A DNA stretch of 62,743 bases, filler included, from Porpidia crustulata (Eukaryota), in NCBI GenBank assembly GCA_964255105.1. It is 6 parts of 6 records of this genome, joined end to end, with 100 filler letters (N's around TTAATTAATTAA, not from the genome) between each part and the next. Parts side by side here need not be neighbours in the genome. Positions count along the whole stretch, not along the records: positions 1 to 10,385 come from CAXUWE010000780.1; positions 10,486 to 20,869 come from CAXUWE010000781.1; 4 more parts are not named here. One strand, 5' to 3'. Position 1 is the first letter of the stretch. Each line of letters starts with the position of its first letter. The notes beneath the pieces are model-generated. The model worked only from the letters and a program-made list of their open reading frames with translations, had not been told where the DNA came from and did no database searches. Below are positions 1 through 11,795 of this stretch, piece after piece. Position numbers and translations under genes: made by a program.

Positions 1-295
1 ACCCCCACACATCCAAACCCCAAACACCTCCTCTCTAAACCAACCTGAGAAAACCCCCCCAATAAAAGAACAGGAAAACTCAAAATGAAAAGACTCCAAG
101 GAAAAAAGGAACAGACTCAAAACCAAAAAAAATCTAACCGCGGCAACGACACCGAATAACATGCAGCCGATTTCTTCGCCTCTTCGCCTCCGCCTCTTTG
201 ATTTGCCGCTGGCGCCGCCGTAAACTCCAGATGCGTTGCCCGCGTCCGCTTTTCACATTTCCTCTGTGCTCGCGCGGGATGAAAGATCGAGACGG

Positions 296-2530
296 TCAGC
301 CATGCCCGTTCCTTACTACAGGCACATTCTCCTTCCTGTCGCGCACCTGCCCAGCCTGCTCACCCTGCCTTTCCCCATCACCATCACCGCTACCACCACC
401 GCCGCCACCAAGCGTGATCTTCTCCATAAACCCCACATAATCATACTTATCTAGATGCCGATCCTCGGCCAAATCCGGCCCGCGATGCGCCGGCATGCTC
501 GCCAGCAGACCCTCGACCAGCTCGTCCGGGATCAGCGAGTGCCGCAGGTCGAGCTCGGTGACGTACGGCTTGCCGTCGGCGACCTCGCGGAAGGACTGGA
601 AGACCTGCTCCGCTGTGTGCTGGTCCTCGGTCACGTCGACCATGAAGCGGATGAAGGCCTCGAAGGTGACGGCGTCGGCCCGGCCGCCGGTGGCGGTGGT
701 GGAGGCGGCGGCGCGCGAAAAATGCGCGTGCATCTCGGCGTCGTCGTAGACGAGGCCGAGGCTGGCGAGGGCGGCGGAGAATTCGATTTCCTGCAGGGCG
801 TTGCGGAGGTCGCGGTCGAAGTGGCGGAAGACAGATTCGAACTCCTCGAGCTGGATGGGGGTGAGGTTGGTCATGTTGCGGGCGACGAGCTGGTTTTCGA
901 GGAAGACAAGTTTCTTGGCGACGGAGGATTTGACGAGGCCGAGTTCGTAGGCGAGCTCGTCGTAGGTGTAGGTTGTGAAGTCGTTCTCTTCAATGTTGGC
1001 TTCTTGGCACTTAGTGTCGAGGTGGGCGAGGGATTCGAGGAAGGCGTCAAGAGGGGGAAGGTTCGAGTGCAGACGTTGGACGTGGGCGCATTGGTCGTCA
1101 ATGTCGCCTTCGAGGCCGGAGATGGCGAGGGAGAGAGTGTTGAGAGTGAGAGAGAAATCGTTGGCTTTATCGGCAAAAGACCGGCGAAGGTGATTTTTAA
1201 TGCTGGAGGATGGTTAGTGGAAGGGAGAAGTGAAGGGAAGGAGACGGACTCTCGGATGGTTTCGTTGATGATTTGGCTTCTATCTCTCTCTGATCCAAGG
1301 AGGGTGATCCATTCTTGATCCAAAACTTCTAGACGTAAATCTGCTGGAGGTTCGTACGGTCTTAATCTGTATGTGCTCATCTTCGTCTTGATGTTTCCCA
1401 GCAAAGCCGCCAGCTCTGACTTCTCTGCGACCCATTTCCGCTTCTGCTTTCTCTTGTATTCTGCAAACTGAGTCGACTGTTCCTTCGCATCAACATAGGT
1501 CCCGGTGAACGTCGCAGCCTGCCATTTTTGTAGCTGGGCGCGAATCTCCCTGAGAAGATCTCTCATCCGCTGCTCGAAGGCGTTCTGCATCCCCCACGCG
1601 CCTTGCATATTCTGAACAAACTTTTCCACTCTTCTGCCTGCATTCTCCACTCGTTCCATCTGCGAAAAGGCATGAAACCAATACGCTATGTATGTCATCA
1701 GAGATCGCTCATCGGGTTTGGCGACATCGCAGACGTCCTCCACATCTAATAGGTCAGGTATACCAATTTCCTTTGAAGCAATGTCAAAAGCCAATTGCAT
1801 GTTTCCACGATGATCATTCTTATCTAGCTTCTCGTAGTCTATGAGATCAGGCCGGTGGATGTCGAGAAGGGCGCAACTATCATTTGTGTTAGCGAGAAGA
1901 TCAATACAACGCCTTCATCATGACATACAATGCCAGTCCGTCGTTCCAGCTGGCCGAGAAGTCTCGAACTTCAACCTCATCGTAGCAAGCGGTCTTCCTT
2001 TGACACCACAGTAACAGCCCCTCCTTGGCGGTCATCCCCTCTTCATTAATATCACTTATGGTGAACCTCAGAATCAATGTCCATATTAGCCCAAGAATGA
2101 TCTTTCTATTGCCGTCGACTACATCTTCTGCGCCGATATTCGTCATTTGGATGCCGCGTCCCTTGATAAAATCCAAAGCTTTATTGACATTCTCGAATCT
2201 TTGAACTCGCAGTTTTGGCTTCGAGGCGTAGCGACCGAGGGACTCATTGCCAAGGATCTCAAGGAGATGGATGAGTATCACCTAGATTTACAAATAAGTA
2301 AAGGAGGTACCCCGCGACTCAACTGCCCCCCAGGCAAAAGGGGGATTGTGTACCCCATCGGATAGGTCCGTGACCAGATCTTTGACAGCCACATCGCGGC
2401 AGCTCACTTTGGAGTTCAGCCTAAGTTGGGTCAGCTTGTAAGCTTATCGTCCAGTCCCAAGAGAAAGGCTTTACCATTTAGTAAATGTCTTCTGCTGGAC
2501 TGCAACCCATTGCTGCTCGAGCAAACCCAT
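296..2530 (-). CDS. ain1: Alpha-actinin (two CH domains, spectrin repeats, EF-hand C-terminus), multi-exon
   Basis: Spliced start MGLLEQQWVAVQQKTFTKW|LNSKVSCRDVAVKDLVTDLSDG (ATG at 2530, GT-AG introns). CH1/CH2 signatures IGAEDVVDGNRKIILGLIWTLILRFTI, LLLWCQRKT and KPDERSLMTYIAYWFHAF. EF-hand region EEFESVFRHFDRD and GKPYVTELDLRHSL. Confidence 0.95.
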
Positions 2531-3255
2531 TTCGTCGAGGAGGCATAAGCAGTGTAGCGGAGTCAATTCAGATGGGAGGATCCAAGCGTGCACGCTATTC
2601 AAGAAGTCAAACCAAGCTTTGCGACAGTCGATGAGCAATGCTATGTGAAGTATGAGTGATTTGGATTTGTATGATTCTTTGAATCTATCGGATTGGTTAT
2701 CAACAAAGCGGCAAATTCCGCCCTAGCAACCGAGCGCTTCAACTGCGTCATAGGGGTAATGGGAACCACACATTATTATACAAACAGCGATGGGTGCCAG
2801 CTCGATACCTAGACGACTTGACTAATTGGAAGGACAATTGTGATGCTAAGTATAAATATATATAATATATTGCAATTGCCGACTTCTATATCTACACTCC
2901 ATCCGTCTTTGAGAAATCTCGTCGAGGACGCTTAGTATCTAAATACGCGTACAGGTCTGTGATGACTCAAGTACTATATGTTATACAGAAGTTTAGTACA
3001 AAAAGTGTGCGCTACTCTTGTAGATCTCTAAATGTCAACGACCTTTTCCAGCAAGGCCGTGAATCATATTGACATCATTAATCGTGAATCCCTTTGAACG
3101 AAGGAGGAGGTTCGGGTGTCAGACGGTTTGATGGCGATGAGCCAAGATTTGGTCGCGGACTCTCGACGTCGAGTGACGGGATTGTGTGGGCGACCCATAG
3201 TGAAGGTGATGACGAAAAGGAGCAGAAGAGCTCCAGTCACGGCAATGTTTTATGC

Positions 3256-5822
3256 TCAGAAAGCTGTCCGACTTTGGACAAGCGGAAACAGTGTGTAGGA
3301 TGCTCTGCTGTTTCTTTGCGAAGAGCCTGATAAGGTGCTGCCAGAGCTAGCCGAGCGATTCCTCGCCAATTTCGTCTCCGAGGGTTGCGAGGCGTTGAGG
3401 ATTCGCGCTGCAGCGTCTGAGTGCGCTCGAGAGCGTCGCCTGGTCAAGGGTAAGCTAAGCGAAGGCGAAGCATCCTCATCTTCTGCGTAGAAGCTGCTGT
3501 AGCTGGTAGCCTTTTGAAGGATCGACTGACGAGCTATGTCCGTAGCGAGGCTTTGACTCCGTCGGTGCTTGACATGCTGGGCATCAGCAATGGCATCCCC
3601 GCCGTCCGCAGGAACGACAGGATTCGAAGGGGGATCGGTCGATTTGTCTTTATTGCCTTTGCTATGCACTAGCTCTGGCAGGCTGCCGACAGAGTCTGCT
3701 TCACGGGCACGGCGCATAGCTAAAACTGACGAGTACATCATACTCTCCTGCGAGTTGCACTTGCTGATCGGGGAACCACTACTACGTGGCGAGTCATCGC
3801 GGCTTGATGACGCATCGAAGCGAAGATCGTTAACCGGATAGGGATTCTCGTGAATTTGCCCGCCCTCCAGGAGATTCTCGTACATATCCTCTTGGAGCAT
3901 CTGAGACTCGTAGTCCTTTGGCATCAGAAGGGAAGGACTGAAGTCAAAGTCGCTTGTACTCTTGCGGGGCAGGCTAATTGATTGTGGAGAGGGGAGCAGT
4001 TGAGCTGGGGTCAAGGCTCCCGGAATACTGCTATTGGGGGACTTGGCGGAGTTTGCGGATGAGTACACCAAGCCAGGCATTAGTGTTTGAAGTGGTGGGA
4101 GATGGTGTGGTGAGGTCGCGTCCGTCGGTGAAAGTTGAGATTGTACGTCGTCCCCATCAGCCTTCGACAAGCAAATATTTTCGTACTCATCGATGAGGTC
4201 ATCGAGGGTTGAATCCACGTTGAAACTTGGAGTATGCTCTCTTTGGAATTCTTTTAGCTTGTGTTCTTCAGTGGCTATACGTTCCCAGTCGAAGTCACAG
4301 TCAGCCTCCGCTGCGTGTTCATAGCAGTAGTCGATATCCTCTTCCCAAGAGGCATCAATTCCGTTGGGCCCGACAGAGATCTGTCGTGATACTCTAGGCC
4401 GAATGGGTACCTGGTCAAATGGCTGGTCAATACAGGGCACTTCACTCTCGTGGAGACTAGGTCCTTCGAAGTGCGTCCCGCTGTTCGAACTAGCAGTAGG
4501 AGAGGTAGGGTTTTGAGAACGTCGACGGCTAATGGATCGAGTGCTTGGGAAAGACTTCGAATGACGCAATCCCGATCCGGAGCTCAACCTTTTGGTGCTG
4601 TGTTCGTCTTCTTCGGGTACGTCGGCTAATTCCGTTCCCGATGACCCAAACGGGAACGACCGCAGGGTTAATGCGGTGTCATCCGGCGTTGTAACAGCGT
4701 GTGGAACGCTGCTGAAATCGTAGATATCCCCAGAGGCAGTCATGGTAACTACTGGGGACAAGACCTTAGGTGATGGAGTTGTCTTGTCCTCAGGGACCGA
4801 CGTTTCTGAATGGTAGGTTGAAAGGTCATGTTTGAACTGTCTCGAAGAACTTCGAGGAGGTGGTCCGGTTGGGGAAACAGGAACCTTGTACGCCCCTGGG
4901 CTTGGCTGCGAGAAATTCTCAATAGATCGCGAGTACTTTAGGCTCCCCGAAGTGCTGAACGAACCCTTACTCTGGTGATATTGTGTCCTTGTCGGACTTT
5001 TCGACGGTGGGGTGATGGGATCCGATAGGGTTTGTGATGAGAATTCTATCTGGCATGATTTCTCGCCGAGGCTTTCCGCTTTAATGCCTTTCAATTCCTG
5101 CTGAGGTGCCTGGGAGGCACGTATGGCGAAGAATCCTGTCACTAATTCATTGTGGCTTGCCCGTTTCAGCTCTTGAACTTCCTTTGCATGAGTGTGTGTA
5201 AGGTGTTGGAAATTGTATGGGCTCGAGATGTCGTGCTTGATGCCAACTTGAGTCACGGTCAGCTACGTTCGAGCTCTCATCCACCAAGTGCTAACATACC
5301 ACTATCTGTTGATTGCCACCTGCTGTGCCTCGGAGGTTTTCGTGAGGCATTTCCAGTACTCGACTGCTCCTTCCAGTCCATTGTGCGTAATGAGGTCAAG
5401 TCTGACTTGCTATTTTGTCGTCTTAGTAGACGGTACCCCTTAGATACGAGGGTCTTGGTCAAGCTTTCTGGTCGCTCTGTTCGCGAGACAATGTTTTCTG
5501 ATACTGATCGCATATCATGCAGGTACGGACGAGACAATGTGCGAACAGACGAGGTTGGTGAGAGTTTGGGTTCATTGGAAGAGTAATGAGCCATGGCAGT
5601 GTTACTCCGCTGCCGCGTGCTCGACATCGAAGCAGGCCTGGAGCTCATGGTGGATGGTCTATGGTTATTCGTCGTTGATTGTTGAGTAGACGTATATGGC
5701 CGATCCCGATCCTGCCAGCGTCTGTCTCGACCTGGGGCAGGCAATTGCCACTGGTAGTCACCGGATCTTTGAAGGTATAGAGTGGGCTGGTGGTAAACCA
5801 GTAAGTCGGCAGAGTTGGACAT
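3256..5822 (-). CDS. Ser-rich, largely disordered CRIB/PBD-motif protein (putative Cdc42/Rac effector); start codon uncertain
   Basis: 666-aa ORF begins with CRIB-like ISSPYNFQHLTHT. It joins the upstream ORF via an intron with a GTATGT donor at 5299 and a GCTGAC branch site. Conserved-looking island SWEEDIDYCYEHAAEADCDFDW. Confidence 0.7.
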
Positions 5823-8762
5823 TGATGAGGCAGATAAACGAGGTTTTCGGTAGGGGGTGTTGGAGTTCCTCAAGCGAACCCAGTACGATTGTGGCCAAGT
5901 GCGGGAGCAATCTAGAAAAAAGCCATTGCAAGCGAAGCTCACGGCGGGATATCTTGTAGATGTCTTTGTTTTGATAAGGGTTGTGCCGTCTTTTTCGAAC
6001 TTCAGCACAGCTTCATCTGGGCAATCGAAGTATGTGGTTTGACGACAATCACGCACGGCCGGGGTGGGTCGAAGCACCTGTCCAGTCTTCCAGGAGAGTA
6101 ACAGCAGCAGTAGTAAATAGTTGCAATCACGCACGAGGGAGTGATAGTAGCCGTTCGGCGTGGCTTTCCGGGGAACTGGATTTTCTGATCGAGGGACCAA
6201 TCCTGTGGGCTTCACTAGTTCTCTTAAGGAGTAGATCAGCGGAGCTACCGGGTTGTTGCCAGTATGCCGTTGACAGTAGTAGGGGAATGAAGAGCCAAAG
6301 AGCAGGGGCTGTAGATAAAGTAAATAATTAGGTTATGGGATAATGATAAAGGAGCAGAACGGTGACGGTGGTTATTTCAAAGTTCGAAGGGCAGGTAGTG
6401 ACAATAGCTTGTGGATGAGGATCATAAGCTTCAGTAACATGCGATTGATGAATAATGACCATCCGACTAATAATAAGATAAAAGGAACATACCTATTTGG
6501 CTCAACCGTTCACCGTCCACGACCTAAGCACTTAGGCCCTTGTAAACAAAACGTCAGGAATTGACCAACAATTGACCAGGAGAGCACTCGGTAACTGGGC
6601 TTGCAGTGGTGCGGCAGGTCGGGCTAGGTACCCGACTAGTGGTTGAGAGCCGGGGTTGGTCTGGTGCTTGGGAAGTCAAGTACAGTAGTGCGGAGTAAGT
6701 GATAAGTAGTGTCAAAGTGTGGGCGTCGAGACTAAGGGGAGAGAACGTTTGGGCCTTGGTGGTTTATTCCCTTGTTTGAGAAGTGGTTGAGTGCCAGAAC
6801 AGATGAGTAATGTTGTGCTCAATTTCCCTCCTTTTGCCGCGACTTTTCACCAATTTGTTTCATAGCTTCCAATGATAGAACGTGAACTTGTCTCCCACAG
6901 TGAGAACAACCTGAAGACTCCAGGCGTGAGAGGATTTGCGTGGTTCCTGGGGTTTCCCCAGTGCCGATCAAGTAGTGTGACTGGAACGATATTGCCGCAG
7001 CGGAAGAAAAGAGCCAATGCCGCTAATTCTGTGATTTTTGGCGATCCAAGGCGAGAGGCCGACGGATTGTAAGAGAAACGCCAGGACGCCCCTGCAAATC
7101 GTAGTTGAATCGTAGGCTATGTACACAAGAATAAGATCGCAAAGAGCGAGCAAGAAAGGGGCATGAGAGCTATTTGTTTTCCTTTGCCTCCAGTTTGATG
7201 CGAATTTTATGATTTATTGTCTTCTCGTACTCGATAGCGTAGATGATCCCCCCACAACAAACATACTTTGCTTCCCATGTAATCGTGCATTGTCATCTCC
7301 GAATCCGGCTGGAGTCGCAGAGGGTCCGGAAGTACTGCATGGCCAAGGCTGCTTTCCCCAGTGCCTGCATTATTTTTCTCTATCGGGTCGCCATTCTGGG
7401 ATGTGTCCTGCATCCATCATCACATATAGTGCTTGCAACGCGGAACCGAAAGGCGCGATCGCATAAGGAGCATCCAGAGGCAGGGTTCTTCGAATAGCTG
7501 GGAGTCTGGGTCAAGAGATCCGGCTTTAGCTAAGAAATCATAGGATCCCCGGTCTACGCGGGCGCAATAGTGGTCACTCACTAGAGCACCACCCACCGCA
7601 CGCAACTCTACATACATCCATGGCCTGGACAAGAGCACCCTGGAGAAGAGCACCGACAGTCTGGTTCTCCACTACCGAATAACCTCACAATGATAGGATC
7701 CTTGGAAGCGCATAACGGCTGCGAACTTCCTGTTAAAGAATTGCCAAAGCCGTCTCTCGACATCTTCCCCAACCCTTGGTCAGCACCAACACCGACCACA
7801 CAATGATTACCGTGGTCCGGGTGCATCTAGCTTGACAGGTATGCGCACCGCACAGTCCCGAGGATTCATGTGAGGACCCATGAGTTCGCAGTCACTTGAA
7901 GTCGTGAAGGAGATGTGCAATCGCGTCATTCGTGCTTGGGCGATAGGCAAGCATAACCAACCAATCTCTTAGACACATACGAGAGCTCACGCTGCTCCAT
8001 GTACAGTTCCATGCTTGCGCTATATATACTTGGCCGCTATGCAGCAATTATCAGCTAAAACGATGCATGTAGGCATCGCGAGGTTTAAGTTGAAAGTTTG
8101 TCTTCCAAGCTTCGATCACGCTCTCACTTTTCTCTCACAAAATCTTCTTTGTGGCCACGATTGCGACGCACTGATGTACATCTCTTGCCCAGGATTACGC
8201 TTTGCATTGTATCTTTTCTTTGGAGTCTCTGAGCCCATTACTTGTCTTCTACGTACAGCAATGTTGCAGGACGCTCTTGATCAGGTCCTACGCTGCAAGA
8301 TCCTACATAAATTTCACCCATCTACGGGGCTTGCATGAGCACTTATCCCAATATCTACGTCGCTGTGTGCACAGGTCAAGCTTTGGGGAATGAAAGCACC
8401 ACGAGACAGGGTCCACGACCCACAGCGCGTGCCGCATTTTCTCGGTGAAATCTACAGATCTTGCAGCTACTTCCCAAGGCCTCCCACGCCTACAGTAGGC
8501 CACATATATTTCCCAAATAGAATTTGGAGTGCGTCCTTAGCTACAAATTCTAGCATTGGCGAAGCTTCTCACTCCGTGACTCCAGTACTATGTCATGGTC
8601 TCTTGGCTTTCTTGGATCGCGCTGCACATTTCCTCTTGCGTCTTCTCATGCGCTCCTATGTATGAGTGGGAACCCCGAATCGGGAGCTTTGGCGATAATG
8701 CATTACCTTATACATCCTGACAAAGTGATTGGGGGTTTGATCTAGACCCTATTCCAGCTGGT

Positions 8763-8801
8763 ACCCTACCACCCTATCACCCTATCACCCTATCACCCTA
8801 C
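8763..8801. repeat. Tandem 8-mer (ACCCTATC) x~5
   Basis: accctacc accctatc accctatc accctatc accctac. Confidence 0.85.
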
Positions 8802-10180
8802 GACAGCCTCAGTAAAACGTTTTCGTGCAGCTATCGAAAAAGGTACAAGCCACAAGCCACCCGCTCGTTTGGGCAACCAAAGGGCTGATGATAGACAGCC
8901 ACCACCTAATGTGGCTCGCGAATAATTTCCTTTTGTTGCCAACTCCGTCATCTGCTCTACTTCCTTCTACGACAGGATTCTGTATTGTTGTTGAGTATCC
9001 TCCAGCTTTCTCGCCGCCTGACGCAAGTAGAATGTGGAGTGGCTAACGGAATAGAAGATGGAACACGGCGGCATTCTCTTGAATGCCGGAATACCCAACG
9101 AGTCTCTGCACCACTGCAGTAGCACTTTCTGACGCACCTCTTCCCCAAAGTTCGCGAAGACTACAGCCTACCAACATACCCCTCGAGGCAGGAACCCGTG
9201 TTGTCTTTCACTTGCAGACGCAGTAGACGTGAAACAATGCACATCATGTCACCGTCAGAAAGAACCGGAGGCTTGAAGCCAGTGATCCAGCAATGATAGC
9301 GAAGGTGCAGACACATGTTCAGAGTGGAACGATTTCTTTGCCGAAAAGATCCCATTTCCAGCCAGTCAAGCACCGAATGCGCAGTCAACCCATTTGAGAG
9401 ACTAGTTGATACCACATGCGGCAACGGTTTCGACGAATTTGTACGAAACCTTTTCAAAACCAGCAACTCCGAGTTCCACGAGTCTAGCCCCAAGAAACTC
9501 AAAACCAAACTCAAACACGGGCAACACGAATAAAATCAGCATCATGGTGAACATGGAAAAAGCATACGACATCCTAAATGAAACAAGAAATGCGAGATAT
9601 CCATCAAACATGGTACATTACTTCTCAGGTGGGTCGTTCCAGGTTCTAGTGTGATTATAATTGTGACCTCGTCTAGGATCACCCACCCTGATGCCGGGAT
9701 GTTTACTCCCCGCTCTTCATCATCAACGAATACAAAGCCCGTGTCGCTCACCGCACGGCATACATCTTGAGAAACTGGTAATCCTCCAGCCTGCGTGCCT
9801 TGCTTGTAACGAATTACTCTTCAACGGTACGCAAGAAGCCATTGCCGCGAAGCCAATTAGAACATCCAATGCGCACAGTAGCACGGCTGATCGTGGAGAT
9901 AGCCGTTAGACGGTAGGGTGCGACCACAAGACCACCCCTAGCTGATAGCTTGCCAATCCTCTATCACGCCAAAAGACCAAGATGTTGAGTTCGCTCCCTC
10001 GAACTTCTGATCGTCAAGGTCGTCGGTACACCGCCAATCCTTTAAGAAATACCCGTCATAGACCCCACTACCAACAACCCCACCGTTGATCCCAGCCCAA
10101 GGATCGAGAAACATCCAACTGGCAGGCACGTCAAGGTCGGATCTAATCTTTGAAAATTAGAGAACCGAACGTCCTACCTA

Positions 10181-10317
10181 CTATGGTAGGTCCCCTAATC
10201 ATTGTTAGTACGCTCTCGGGAGCAGGGGGCGGGACTAGGATGCTGACCAATCAAGCTCCCTGCTTCCGCCCCTGTCGTACTCCGCCGTACTAACAGTGAT
10301 TAGGGGACCGACCAAAG
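10181..10317. mobile_element. 137-bp MITE-like element, 32-bp TIRs, TA target-site duplication (Tc1/mariner-type)
   Basis: Left end TA|CTATGGTAGGTCCCCTAATCATTGTTAGTACG matches the reverse complement of the right end, TA|CTTTGGTCGGTCCCCTAATCACTGTTAGTACG, with 3 mismatches. TA on both flanks. No coding capacity. Confidence 0.8.
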
Positions 10318-10385
10318 TACAACTACTACGGTATCCGGGCGAAATGTTGTTAGTACATGGCGTTTAGCCATACCATATTAGTTAT

Positions 10386-10485
10386 NNNNNNNNNNNNNNN
10401 NNNNNNNNNNNNNNNNNNNNNNNNNNNNNTTAATTAATTAANNNNNNNNNNNNNNNNNNNNNNNNNNNNNNNNNNNNNNNNNNNN
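10386..10485. other. Artificial contig spacer (N44-TTAATTAATTAA-N44)
   Basis: Six-frame stop linker inside an N run; identical at five positions. Confidence 0.98.
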
Positions 10486-11160
10486 GTGATGTGGTGTCGC
10501 AGGGTTTTGGTGGGTAGTGGGTTTATTGATCTAGGATACGAGGGTGTGTGTCGGTGGCTGGAAAAAGATGGTCGATATTTATTGTGATGATGGATTTGTA
10601 TAGATACATGTTGGATAGCAATGGAAGAATGAAATAGGGAGGAAAGTTTAGGGTCAGATGATGGGTCTTGAGAAAGCGGAAAAGAACAATCATAGATTAA
10701 TGATATAAAAAGAAGTTGATCCTACTTCGCCGAGCCATCGATGACATCTAAAACTCCCTGTTGTATCGTCTGTACTTCTGATTTTCGCATCAGTATTGTT
10801 TATCGCAAGCACGCGCTATCGAAGGAAGCGGTTTTTGACAATCAAACGACGAGAGGGGAGGAGATAGGTGAGAGACGCTAGGTATCTAGTCCTTCTCAGT
10901 CTTGTCGAATGCCAAATAGATAGATATACTACAGGCATCGAGGAATTTCGGGGAATAGAAAATGGTAGACAAGATTTTGTTTTTTGCTCTGTGTTCACGA
11001 TCTTTCATGAAGGTCTGTGTTCGATGTAGAAATTCGTAAAAGCAACGTTTTCGTTTCTATAGATAGTCTTTCAACTCGACACTGGTCTTGGGAAGCTTCG
11101 GTCTCGGTTGCGGTAGGTTCAGATACTGAAGATCGAGTGATGTGGCGTAGCTTTGAATAT

Positions 11161-11288
11161 GGAGCGAGTGCAAAGGCTGCCAGGACGATATAGTTGAAGT
11201 TTGGGGGTTTTGTATAGGGTCTTTGGAGCGAATGCAAAGGCTGATGGGACGATAAGGTTGAAGTTCGGGGGTTTTGTATCGGGTCTCG
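11161..11288. repeat. Imperfect 64-bp tandem duplication
   Basis: ggagcgagtgcaaaggctg...gttgaagtttgggggttttgtatagggtc at 11161 is repeated as ggagcgaatgcaaaggctg...gttgaagttcgggggttttgtatcgggtc at 11225. Confidence 0.8.
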
Positions 11289-11795
11289 GTTAACAGGGAA
11301 AGACTTCGTGTTGGCCGACGTTCCAAGGTTTCGCGTCTAGAGTAGCACAGTGGTTTGTTCAAGGAATGAATTATGTGTGGGGTAAAGATAGCATATAAGA
11401 TAATGAAGTATAGAGTTGGAAGAGTAGGAGTCCCATTAAAGGTGTTACTTGCTGGAATGATGCCTCATTGGTGAACTTGTCGTGGTCTTGTCAGTCCTTC
11501 GTCTCCTCAGCGCAAGTCGGGATTCCCATCTTTACTCGATCATCTCTCTATTGCTCCAGATCTTGATCTTTGATAGATCCGAGATCCAAACGCTACGCCT
11601 CACATCGCTCAGTATCGATGTTTTAATTTCGTAGTCTCATGTTAGACATGTCTCTTCTGCGCTTCGATTTCCTTCCAATTCCCGAGTCTCAAAACTGATC
11701 AAGCCATCTCAAATTCAATGGAAGATTGGTATAAGACTCGTCCAAATCGTCATCCTACATACATATTAGCAATGTGCAATCTGTTTCGATGCGCA

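Noticed and set aside
455..1318. 287-aa plus-strand ORF
   Set aside because: Antisense shadow of the GC-rich alpha-actinin exon; no independent motifs.
6300..10150. Many short ORFs; protein-like patches around 9300-9900
   Set aside because: No recognisable domain or consistent splice pattern; at most an unidentifiable gene relic.
10430..10441. TTAATTAATTAA recurring about every 10.5 kb as a possible biological periodic repeat
   Set aside because: Always centred in N runs; it is an assembly linker.
8763..11288. Short repeats considered as a CRISPR-like array
   Set aside because: No repeat-spacer structure, no cas genes, eukaryotic context.
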